Positions 18,864-27,648 of a stretch of 64,000 nt of DNA are shown here, one piece after another. Under the pieces are notes generated by a model. It was not told the origin of the DNA, did not search any database, and saw only the letters and a list, made by a program, of their open reading frames with translations. This DNA is from Gaiellales bacterium. Its GTDB lineage: Bacteria > Actinomycetota > Thermoleophilia > BMS3ABIN01. Numbering within the stretch: the first letter of the stretch is position 1; every line of letters starts with the position of its first letter. The stretch spans positions 5,698 through 69,697 of the forward strand of contig QZKG01000070.1 in assembly GCA_003599855.1 (NCBI GenBank), given 5' to 3'. A program made the translations under genes and the position numbers.

Positions 18864-19289
18864 ATGAAGAGCTATCGCAAGGAACTGTTGTTCGAGGTGC
18901 CGGCCCGGCGCGCTTTCATCAACATCACCGGCGAGGTGGAAGCCGCCGTCAGCGAGTCCGGGGTTAGCGAGGGTTTGGTGCTGGTGAACGCCATGCACAT
19001 CACGGCATCCGTTTTCATCAACGACGACGAGCCAGGCCTGCATCAGGACTATGACGACTGGCTGGAGAGGCTGGCGCCCCACGAGCCGGTCGACCAGTAC
19101 CGGCACAACCTCAACGCGGCGCGGGAGGACAACGGCGACGCGCACCTCAAGCGCCAGATAATGGGTCGTGAGTCTGTGGTGGCCATCACGGGCGGGCGGC
19201 TCGACCTGGGCACGTGGGAGCAGGTCTTCTACGGTGAGTTCGACGGACGCCGGCCCAAGCGGGTGCTGATAAAGGTGATCGGGGACTAG
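18864..19289 (+). CDS. yjbQ: YjbQ/UPF0047 family protein (secondary thiamine-phosphate synthase-like)
   Basis: ITGEVEAAV...[38 protein letters not shown]...[12 protein letters not shown] matches the YjbQ family. Start placed at MKSYRK with RBS GAGGAGAAGG upstream. Confidence 0.6.
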   Translation: MKSYRKELLFEVPARRAFINITGEVEAAVSESGVSEGLVLVNAMHITASVFINDDEPGLHQDYDDWLERLAPHEPVDQYRHNLNAAREDNGDAHLKRQIMGRESVVAITGGRLDLGTWEQVFYGEFDGRRPKRVLIKVIGD

Positions 19290-20251
19290 CCCCAGGTCTG
19301 CTCGTTGATCCTGACCCGCTCCACGAGGATTATCTCGCAGGCGCCGTCGCCCTGGTCGGTGCGGCTCTTGCTGCTGGCGACCGTGTAGAGCTGGTTGCCG
19401 TCGATCATGCGGATGTCCACGAGCCTGCCCTCGATGCGCACCACATCACCGGCCTTGATGGTGGCCAGCGCTGCGGCGATGTTATTATCGGCGGCGATGA
19501 CATGGCTGTTGCTGACGTGGCTGATGACGTAGGCCGCGTCGATGTCACGCCCCGTCGCCTCCAGCGAGCCCGATACGGTGCCGCGGCGGTCTGACTGCTC
19601 CCAGGTCAGCTTGCTGTCGACGTCAGCATCCGCCAGTTCACCCCAGGCGAGCAGCAGGTCATAGGTCATGAACTCGCCCATGACGTCGTCATAGGCGGTC
19701 ACGCTCTCTACCTTGGCGCTGACCGAGTAGGCCATATCGCTGAACAGCGACACCTCCGCGCCTGAACTCGTGCCGAAGGTGGAGTGGAACACGGAAGACT
19801 GTTTCTGCACAGGGTCGGCGGCCGAGTTGATGCCGTAGGTGACGAAATGGTCTTCCTCACCGTAACCCGGGCTGTCGAAAGCGAAGGTAAGCAGGGCCCA
19901 CAAGGCGCCTGCCAGCATCAGTGTCGTCAGCAGCGACTCGATGATGACCCGCTGGCTCAAGGGGCGGTGGCGGCTGTGGCCCGGGTGGGCGGCCGTGGCC
20001 CCGTGGTGCGCCATCATCATGTGGTTGTGCCGCGCGACTGTTTCGCGCTGCTCAGCGCATTCGCGACAGAATATTCTTGAGCTCGAACACTTGCGGCAGA
20101 AGAACGTGCCACAGCCGCAAAGCCCGGTAACGGGCTCGTCGGGGTGCAGAGCGCATCTATTTTCAGCTGGCGGCCCAGGTAGACCAGACACTTGCTTCCT
20201 CCCAGGCCTCCCCCTCAAGTTCTGTATCGGCGGCGCTGCAGGTTTTCGCAA
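19286..20251 (-). CDS. Membrane protein with N-terminal cytoplasmic B-box-like Cys/His zinc finger, His-rich linker, one TM helix and an extracytoplasmic domain
   Basis: [36 protein letters not shown] (C-x2-H-x8-C-x-C-x4-C-x2-C...), then [20 protein letters not shown], then a ~200-aa C-terminal domain. Confidence 0.4.
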   Translation of the reverse strand: MRKPAAPPIQNLRGRPGRKQVSGLPGPPAENRCALHPDEPVTGLCGCGTFFCRKCSSSRIFCRECAEQRETVARHNHMMMAHHGATAAHPGHSRHRPLSQRVIIESLLTTLMLAGALWALLTFAFDSPGYGEEDHFVTYGINSAADPVQKQSSVFHSTFGTSSGAEVSLFSDMAYSVSAKVESVTAYDDVMGEFMTYDLLLAWGELADADVDSKLTWEQSDRRGTVSGSLEATGRDIDAAYVISHVSNSHVIAADNNIAAALATIKAGDVVRIEGRLVDIRMIDGNQLYTVASSKSRTDQGDGACEIILVERVRINEQTWG

Positions 20252-20360
20252 GCCGCTCCCCGAAATGTGGTTACATCCTCGCTGTTCGTGGTAGGAATAA
20301 CCTGTTTCGCGAGGTCATCATCAACCGAAGCACAGGCAGTTCGAAGGGAGGAAAGGGTCT

Positions 20361-20852
20361 TTGCTGCTGCGGGACGAGGTCGATATCATCTGCACCCCGG
20401 CCGATGTGTTCGCCTGGCTCGACGAACTGGACCGCCATTACCTCCTGTGGCATCCGGACCACATCTCCTGCAACTACATCCAGGGTGATTCGATGGCTCC
20501 GGGAGCGGTCCTCTTTTGTCAGGAATACCTGCATGGCAGGCCACACAGGTTCAGGATGAAGGTGACTCGGGTGGTTGATGGTTCAAGGATCGAGTACAGC
20601 ATAGGACCGGGGATGGCCGGCTCTTTCAGCGTCCGGCCCGCGGGCCAGGGGGTTCGTTTCACCGCGGAGCTGCGCCTGGGCCTGGCGCTGCCCCTGCTGT
20701 CGAGGGCGCAGGACGCCGTCATCAGGCGCCTGGCAGACTGGAGGATCGGGGCGCTGAAGCGCCACATGGCCGAAGAAGGCAGAAACCTCAAGGCGATGAT
20801 CGAGGCGTCTCGTCCTCTGCATCATCGCCGTCGTTCCCCAGTTCACGCTTGA
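20361..20852 (+). CDS. SRPBCC (START/Bet v1/polyketide-cyclase-like) family protein
   Basis: 163 aa. The pattern of conserved aromatics (DVFAWLDELDRHYLLWHPDH) is typical of the SRPBCC ligand-binding fold. The 3' end overlaps the convergent acyl-CoA synthetase by ~60 nt, so the exact stop or frame is uncertain. Confidence 0.4.
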   Translation: MLLRDEVDIICTPADVFAWLDELDRHYLLWHPDHISCNYIQGDSMAPGAVLFCQEYLHGRPHRFRMKVTRVVDGSRIEYSIGPGMAGSFSVRPAGQGVRFTAELRLGLALPLLSRAQDAVIRRLADWRIGALKRHMAEEGRNLKAMIEASRPLHHRRRSPVHA

Positions 20853-22488
20853 GCACCTTGCGCAGGATGTTACGCGGCAGCTCGCTGCGGAACTCGATCC
20901 TGTTGGGGACCTTGTAGCCGGCGAGCTTCTCCTGGGCGAAATTGCGGATCTCGCTGGCGGTGGCCTTCTCGTTGTCCTTCAGCACGATGTAAGCCTTGAC
21001 GATCTCTCCCTTGAGCTTGTGCGGCACACCCTTGACCGCTACCTCGCTGATCTTGTGGAACTGACCCAGCACCTCCTCGATCTCGCGCGGGTAGACGTTG
21101 AGGCCGCCGGTTATGATCAGGTCCTTCCTGCGGTCGGCGATGAAGTAAAAGCCGTCTTCGTCGACGCTGGCCATGTCGCCGGTCCTCAGCCAGTCGCCGT
21201 CAGCGAAGGCATCCTCGCTCAGGGCGGCCTGGCCCCAGTAGCCTCTCATCACCTGGGGGCCGCGCACCAGCATCTCGCCGATCTCGCCCGTGGGCAGGTC
21301 CTCGCCGGTCTCGATATCGACTATCCTGACCTCAGTGTTCGGCAACGGCAGGCCGATGCTGCCGGTCTTGCGCATCCCGGCAATGGGGTTGACGTGGGTC
21401 ACGGGGGAGGCCTCGGTCAGGCCGTAACCTTCCACCACCCTGCCGCCCGACAGCTCCTCGAACTCCTGCTGGATCTCCCTGGGCAGCTTGTCCGCCCCGC
21501 TGACGCAGGTATGGATGGAGCTCAGGTCGATCTTCTTTCTGCCGTCTGCCCGGTCCCGTTCCAGGGAGTGGTTGATGGCGGCGTACATGGCCGGGATTCC
21601 GGGGAAGAGCGTAGGCCTTTCCCTGTCGATGGTCTTGAGGACTTCGGCCAGGTCGAAGCGGGGCAGCAGGATGAGGCTGGCGGCGCGGCTGATGGCGAGC
21701 ATGCAGCTGGTGAGCGCATAGACGTGGAACAGCGGCAGGACTACCAGGACGCGCTCGCGGGCGTCCACCATGTTATGGAGCCAGGCGCGGGACTGGAGGG
21801 CGTTGGCGACGAGGTTGCGATGGGTCAGCTCCGCCGCCTTCGGCAGCCCCGTGGTGCCGCCCGTGTATTGCAGCAGGGCGGCCGAACCGGCATCGATCCG
21901 CACGCCCGGGGTCTCATCGGGCTTCCGTTCCAGGACGGATTCGAACCAGACCTCCCCCCTGGCGGCGTCCAGCTCGGCCCGATGCCCTTCCTTCTTCTCC
22001 TTGAAGAGGGTGAACAGCAGGCGCATGGACGGGGAGAAACAGTCCTTGATGCTGGTGACGATGAGGCGCTCGACGGACGAGTCTTCGCGCGCAGCCCGGG
22101 CCCGCTTCAGGATGTCCCTGCGGCTGAGGGTCACCAGCACGCGGGCCCCGGAATCGTTCAGCTGGTACGCAAGCTCACGGACCTCGTGGAGCGGGCTGGC
22201 CAGCGTGGCCACGGCGCCGGCCTTGAGCGTGCCGAACAGGCAGATGAGGAACTGGGGCGAGTTGGGCAGGTGGATGGCGACGCGGTCTCCCGGGGCCACC
22301 CCCATGTCGATGAGCCCGTGCGCGAAGCGGTTGGCTTCCTGTTCCAGGCGGGAGTAAGTCATGGTGGCGCCGAAGAAAGTCGTGGCGACGGCATCAGGAT
22401 GCTGACAGGCTGCGCTCTCCAGCAGGTGCTGCAGGGGGTAGTCAGGGATCTCTATCTGTCTGGGCACCTCCGGGGGATAGTAGGTCAT
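20788..22488 (-). CDS. fadD: AMP-dependent acyl-CoA synthetase (long-chain fatty-acid-CoA ligase-like)
   Basis: AMP-binding signature [75 protein letters not shown]. Confidence 0.75.
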   Translation of the reverse strand: [566 protein letters not shown]

Positions 22489-22509
22489 GAGAGCTCCCGG
22501 TCCCGGCTC

Positions 22510-23502
22510 TTACTGGAGCGAAGCCAGCGCTTCCCGGGCCCAGTCCGGGTTCTTCAGCAGTTCCCTGCCCACAGCCACCAGGTCAGCCCGGCCATCCTCG
22601 ATCACGCTGTTGGCGAACGATGCTTCCCTGATGCCGCCCACGGCTATGACAGGCACATCCACAACTGACTTGATGCTCTCCGCCAGGGGTACGTAGAAGC
22701 CCTGGACGCCGGAGAGGTCCTTCGGGCGTGAGCCGCAGAGGCCGCCGGAGACGTCGAGGATGTCGATGCCCACCCCGACTAGGCGCGGCGCCGCCTCGCG
22801 CGCCTCGTCGAGGGCCAGCCCTTCCTGCATGAAATCGCTGGCGCCGAAGCGGTAGAGGAGCGGGTAGTCCGGTCCTGCCACCTCGCGCACGGCGGTTATC
22901 ACCTCGAGGGGGAAGCGCAGGCGGTTCTCCAGGCTGCCCCCGTACTCATCCGTCCTCCGGTTGGTGTAGGGGGAGAGGAACTCGCTGAGCAGGAAGCCGT
23001 GGGCGCCGTGTATCTCGATGGCGTCGAAACCCGCCTCGATCGCCCGCCTGGCGGCGTCGCGGTACAGACCGATGAGCTCGCTGAGCTCGTCAGCAGAGAG
23101 GGGCCTAGGCTCGACGCCCCGGCCGGGCACGGCGACGTCCGCCGGCCCCACGGGCTGGCAGCCGATGATCTCCGCAGTGGTATTGGCTCCCGCATGGGTC
23201 AGCTGGATGGCGCTGGCCGCGCCGCCGGCGCGGATGGTGTCGGCAAGCCCCCTGAGGCCGGGCACAAGTCCGTCATCATGGATGCCAAGCTGGGGCGCCG
23301 TCATCTTGCCGCGGGGCGTGATATAGCTGTGCTCGACGATAATCAGGCCGACCTCAGCCTCGGCTCGCGCCCGGTAATGGTCCAGATGCCTGCTGGTGAC
23401 TGCGCCGGATTCATCGGAAAGGTCGTTGGCCATGGGGGGCATCACGATGCGGTTTCGCAGGGTGACGCCTTTTATCGTGAGGGAATCGGAAAGCTTTGGC
23501 AT
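22510..23502 (-). CDS. NADH:flavin oxidoreductase, Old Yellow Enzyme family
   Basis: OYE TIM-barrel motifs (VMPPMA, GLIIVEHSYITPRG, IQLTHAG, IEIHGAHGFLLSEFLSPYTNRRTDEYGGSLENRLRFPLEV). Confidence 0.7.
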   Translation of the reverse strand: MPKLSDSLTIKGVTLRNRIVMPPMANDLSDESGAVTSRHLDHYRARAEAEVGLIIVEHSYITPRGKMTAPQLGIHDDGLVPGLRGLADTIRAGGAASAIQLTHAGANTTAEIIGCQPVGPADVAVPGRGVEPRPLSADELSELIGLYRDAARRAIEAGFDAIEIHGAHGFLLSEFLSPYTNRRTDEYGGSLENRLRFPLEVITAVREVAGPDYPLLYRFGASDFMQEGLALDEAREAAPRLVGVGIDILDVSGGLCGSRPKDLSGVQGFYVPLAESIKSVVDVPVIAVGGIREASFANSVIEDGRADLVAVGRELLKNPDWAREALASLQ

Positions 23503-23552
23503 AATTCCTCCTCAAATCAAGTTGGAAGAATAATAGCCGATTAAAAATCCAC

Positions 23553-25124
23553 TTGAAAGGGCAATCCCTATCGGTCACTGAAGGCTCTGGTATCATAGGG
23601 CGACCGCATGACGACCAGGCCGGGCCAGGGTGGCGCATGAAAAAAGACTGGCACATATTCGCAATCTGGGCAGCCGTATCCGCGCTGTTGGTGTTCGGCC
23701 TGCTGGCCATGGAGCAAAGCGGCTGCGATACGCGCACCTCACGCTCGGCTGGAAGTGGCGATGGCGCCAGCGTCGACAGCGACGATGACTCAGCGGATGG
23801 TATTGGGGCCGGGGGCAGGAAGAAGGACAGGGACAGGAAGTCCCAGGATGATCCCGGCAGCGAGGATGGCGGGAGCAGCGACGACTCCGCCCGGGCTAAC
23901 GGCCTGCCGACGGTGGAATCGATTGCCGCGGCAGTATCCGCTCTCAGGGGGCTGCCGCTGAACGCCGCCATCGAGGTCAGTTACATCGACCGTGAAGAAC
24001 TGCAGGAGCGGATCGAGGAGGACTTCGCCGAGGAGTATCCTCCCGGGGAGCTGGAAGCCCAGGGGCAGGCGCTGGCGGCGCTCGACCTGATCCCGCCGGG
24101 CACGGACCTGCGCGAGGAGCTGGAAGAGCTCATGGTCGATCAGATCGCCGGGTTCTACGACGACGAGACCAAGGAGCTGGCGCTCGTCAGCGACAGCGAC
24201 GAGCTCGACGTCATGAACGAGGTGACCCTGGCCCATGAGGTGACCCACGCCCTGCAGGACCAGAGTTTCTCGCTGGCCGGCCTGTATCCGGTCGAGGGCC
24301 CGGGAATGGCGGACGTCAACATGGCCCGCCTGGCCCTGGTGGAGGGGGACGCCTCCCTGGCGATGACAGAATATGTCGAGGCCGAGCTCTCACTGATGGA
24401 CATGTTCAACCTGGGGATGTCCGGGGGCGGCAGCCTGCTCGGGACCTCGCCTTACCTGGACGATTCCCTCCTGTTCCCGTACCTCGCCGGCGAGGAGTTC
24501 GTGGCGCAGGTCAAGGAGAAGGGTGGCTGGGAGCTGGTCAATGCCGTCTATGCCTCCCCGCCGGAATCCACCGAGCAGATCATCCATCCGGAGAAGTATT
24601 TCGAAAAAGACCATCCCGTCTTCCTGGCGCTGCCGGACCTGCTGCCGGTAGCCGGAGCCGGCTGGGAGGCCGTTTATGACGACTCTTTCGGCGAGTTCGA
24701 CGTGCGCCAGCTGCTGGCTGAGGGGCTGCGCTACCGGCAGGCCTCGGAGGCGGCGGCGGGTTGGGACGGCGGGCGCTACAGCTATTACGAGCGCAGCGAC
24801 GGGGCGCCCATGGCCGTCATCCTGCTGGCCTGGGACAGCAACGAGGAAGCCGCGGAGTTCACCCAGGCGATGGCGGAGTACCTTGCATATTCCTACTGCT
24901 CGGAGTTCGAGTTCGCCGAGCGCCAGTTCCCCATCCTCGAATCCTGTGACGGTGACTACTGGGTCATGGTCAAGAAGGGCGCCGCCGTACTGGTGGCGAG
25001 GGTGCCGGACAGGACGCTGGCGAACCTGCTGCCGCCGGCCGTCCTCGGCGTGCGCCCGCCGGAACCGGGATTCGCTGACAACATCCAGCCGGGCAACGTC
25101 CTTGCCGCCCATCAGGGCGGTTAA
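23553..25124 (+). CDS. Putative secreted zinc metalloprotease-like protein (HExxH), acidic Asp/Ser-rich linker
   Basis: Signal/TM (IFAIWAAVSALLVFGLLAM), low-complexity acidic region, and LAHEVTHALQD carrying HExxH. The true start is probably the internal MKKDWH (~23638). Confidence 0.45.
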   Translation: MKGQSLSVTEGSGIIGRPHDDQAGPGWRMKKDWHIFAIWAAVSALLVFGLLAMEQSGCDTRTSRSAGSGDGASVDSDDDSADGIGAGGRKKDRDRKSQDDPGSEDGGSSDDSARANGLPTVESIAAAVSALRGLPLNAAIEVSYIDREELQERIEEDFAEEYPPGELEAQGQALAALDLIPPGTDLREELEELMVDQIAGFYDDETKELALVSDSDELDVMNEVTLAHEVTHALQDQSFSLAGLYPVEGPGMADVNMARLALVEGDASLAMTEYVEAELSLMDMFNLGMSGGGSLLGTSPYLDDSLLFPYLAGEEFVAQVKEKGGWELVNAVYASPPESTEQIIHPEKYFEKDHPVFLALPDLLPVAGAGWEAVYDDSFGEFDVRQLLAEGLRYRQASEAAAGWDGGRYSYYERSDGAPMAVILLAWDSNEEAAEFTQAMAEYLAYSYCSEFEFAERQFPILESCDGDYWVMVKKGAAVLVARVPDRTLANLLPPAVLGVRPPEPGFADNIQPGNVLAAHQGG

Positions 25125-26152
25125 GGAGCTTTTCTTCTCACCTGCTTCTTCTCCCCGGAGAACAGCATGCGCGCTTCAGTCCAGTAGGCGGCGAAGTACG
25201 TGTTCAGCGCTGCTGTGAAGAGCAGGCCGGTTACCAGCGGCGGCAGGGTAAGCAGGCTGGCGATGACGACGCCCCCCGCACTCCAGCCCGAGGTGTAGAC
25301 GTGGCTCCAGGCCAGTACAGCCGGTATGGCCGTCAGCAGTCCGGCGAAAGCCGCCACGATGGTGGCGCCGATGCTGATGCCGACGCTGATGGCGAAGAGC
25401 ATGAGTGAGCGGCTGAGGTTGTCGAGCAGCAGGGAGGTTGCGTTCCTGAGGGCTGCAAGGGGCCGCAGACCATCCAGCACCACGGCGCGGCTGCCGAGGC
25501 TGAAAAGGAGGAAGGCGCCCACAGCCAGCACCGGCCAGAGGCCCAGCGCCGCGAGAAACCCCAGGGTCGAGACCGTTGCCGCCAGCGCCGCCAGGGCAGC
25601 GAAGCCGATGAGCAGCGCCCCTGCGAGCTCGGTGGCATCATGGCCGGTCGACAGCAGCAAAAAAGCAAGCGCGCCCAGGGCTGCCAGTGCCAGCGCGGCG
25701 AGGAGAGGGATGGCGGCTGCGAGCAGCATGTAGGGGAGCAGTAGTCTGAAGTTCCTCCTGCCATGGGACAGGGCGGAGCGGAAACCGGCGGGCCGGCCCA
25801 GGCTGATGTCGCGCACGGTGGCGATGGCGGCGCCGTGGCAGAAGACTGACCAGAGCCAGAGGATGACACCCAGGACGATAAGGGAGACGGCTATGGTTAT
25901 CACGAGCGCCAGGTGGTCCTGCAGCCAGGCGACGATGGCGCCGGCGACCTCGTCAGCCGAGGAAGCTTCATCGTCCCCCGCAGCCGTTACGTAGGAATTG
26001 TAATCGCAGCTCCAGCCACCGAAGGCGCTGGTGGTGCCGGCGAAAAGGCCGAAGAACCAGAGGAACCTGTTGCGCCAGACCAGCGATGCGCTGTCCTTGA
26101 TCACCTGGCCGTAATCGAACTCCCCGCCCGGTGGCTGGTAGATACGCGTCAT
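25121..26152 (-). CDS. Hypothetical polytopic membrane protein (~7 TM)
   Basis: Ala/Leu-rich TM helices throughout. No catalytic motif recognised. Confidence 0.4.
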   Translation of the reverse strand: MTRIYQPPGGEFDYGQVIKDSASLVWRNRFLWFFGLFAGTTSAFGGWSCDYNSYVTAAGDDEASSADEVAGAIVAWLQDHLALVITIAVSLIVLGVILWLWSVFCHGAAIATVRDISLGRPAGFRSALSHGRRNFRLLLPYMLLAAAIPLLAALALAALGALAFLLLSTGHDATELAGALLIGFAALAALAATVSTLGFLAALGLWPVLAVGAFLLFSLGSRAVVLDGLRPLAALRNATSLLLDNLSRSLMLFAISVGISIGATIVAAFAGLLTAIPAVLAWSHVYTSGWSAGGVVIASLLTLPPLVTGLLFTAALNTYFAAYWTEARMLFSGEKKQVRRKAP

Positions 26153-26231
26153 AACCTCACCGCACCTCGCTATCAGGACCGAAAACGGTCGTCATTGGCC
26201 ACTGCATGTCTTCATATTATTTAATAGAATC

Positions 26232-27431
26232 ATGACCATGGAAAGAAAGACCCTGTTCATAGACTGTTTCTCCGGCGTTTCCGGGGACATGTTCGTGGCG
26301 GCGCTGCTGGACCTGGGTGTCGGCTCCATCGACATGCTCAGGGAGGAGCTTGGCCGGCTGGACCTCGAGGGCTGGGAGGTGGAGCTGGAGCGGGTGCGCC
26401 CTTCGGGCATCGCCGCCAGCCGCTTCATCGTGCGGGTCGCCGGTGAGAAGCAGGAGCCGCGCAGCCTTTCGGACATCAACGACCTGATTTCATCCAGCAG
26501 GCTGTCCGAGAACGTCAAGTCCCGCTGCCTGGCGATCTTCAGCCGGGTGGGGCGGGCCGAGGCCGAGGCTCACGGCCACTCGCTGCAGGAAGTCCATTTC
26601 CACGAGGTGGGCATGGTGGACAGCATCATCGACATCGTCAGCGCCTGTCTCCTCATGGAGGAGCTTGCCCCGGCTGAGGTAATCTGCTCGCCGGTGGAGA
26701 TGGGCTCGGGCATGGTGGACACCAAGCACGGGCTGATGCCGGTGCCTGCTCCGGCGACGGAGATCCTGCTCAGGGGGGTGCCGGTTGCCCACGGCGGCGA
26801 GGAGTGTGAATTGACCACACCCACCGGGGCCGCCCTGGTGGGATTCTTCACGGACTCGTTCGAGCCATTGCCGGCGATGCGGATCGAGGCGATAGGTTAC
26901 GGCAGCGGCACGCGGGAGACGCAACGGCCCAACGTGATCCGTTTCCTCCTGGGCGAGCGCGCCAGCGGCGACGGCGGCGCCGAAGAAGTGGAGCACATGG
27001 TGCAGCTGGAGACGAACATAGACGACAGCACCCCCGAGCTGCTCGCTTCGATGGTCGAAGAGATGATGGCCCAGGGGGCCAACGACGCCTGGCTCACGCC
27101 GGTCATAATGAAGAAGGGACGGCCCGGGGTGCAGGTATCCGTCCTCTGCCCGCGCGGCGCCCTCGACCGCTTCATGGACCTGTTCTTCAGTCAGTCTTCT
27201 ACCTTCGGCGTCAGGGTGCGCGAGGTGGAGCGCCACTGTCTCGAACGCCGCCTGGACACTGTCGGGACCGACTACGGGTTCATCAGGGTGAAGAAGGGCC
27301 TGCGCCGCGGCAGGGTCGTCACTGCCGCGCCGGAGTACGAGGATTGCCGCCGGGCAGCCCGGGAGCATGGGGTGCCGCTCAAAGTGGTATACGAGGCCGC
27401 GCTGGTGGCCGCTGTCCGTCCGCACCACTGA
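26232..27431 (+). CDS. larC: LarC-family nickel insertion protein (nickel-pincer nucleotide cofactor biosynthesis; DUF111)
   Basis: N-terminal KTLFIDCFSGVSGDMFVAALLDLG matches the LarC/DUF111 signature (FSGISGDM..GALLDLG). 399 aa. Confidence 0.65.
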   Translation: MTMERKTLFIDCFSGVSGDMFVAALLDLGVGSIDMLREELGRLDLEGWEVELERVRPSGIAASRFIVRVAGEKQEPRSLSDINDLISSSRLSENVKSRCLAIFSRVGRAEAEAHGHSLQEVHFHEVGMVDSIIDIVSACLLMEELAPAEVICSPVEMGSGMVDTKHGLMPVPAPATEILLRGVPVAHGGEECELTTPTGAALVGFFTDSFEPLPAMRIEAIGYGSGTRETQRPNVIRFLLGERASGDGGAEEVEHMVQLETNIDDSTPELLASMVEEMMAQGANDAWLTPVIMKKGRPGVQVSVLCPRGALDRFMDLFFSQSSTFGVRVREVERHCLERRLDTVGTDYGFIRVKKGLRRGRVVTAAPEYEDCRRAAREHGVPLKVVYEAALVAAVRPHH

Positions 27432-27566
27432 GGAATGATGCCTGCCTGATGGCCGCCGGGCTGCCAGGAGGGGCCGGGCTCCCGCGGGCGCGTTCATGCC
27501 ATCCATCACGAATTCTTATGGTCGAAGCCGTATCAATCGTTTCGATTGGCTCCCGCCCTGCCCGTG

Positions 27567-27595
27567 TTGACGGCAACTATCCAAATGAATATAAT
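27567..27595 (+). promoter_or_regulatory. Sigma-70-type promoter upstream of fhs: TTGACG-N17-TATAAT
   Basis: Near-consensus -35 TTGACG (27567-27572), a 17-nt spacer and a consensus -10 TATAAT (27590-27595), ~50 nt upstream of the fhs start. RBS GGAAAGGAG follows. Confidence 0.6.
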
Positions 27596-27648
27596 GCGGT
27601 TTCCTAGCTTGTTCAATAATTCACAAACTCGAAGTGGAAAGGAGCACC

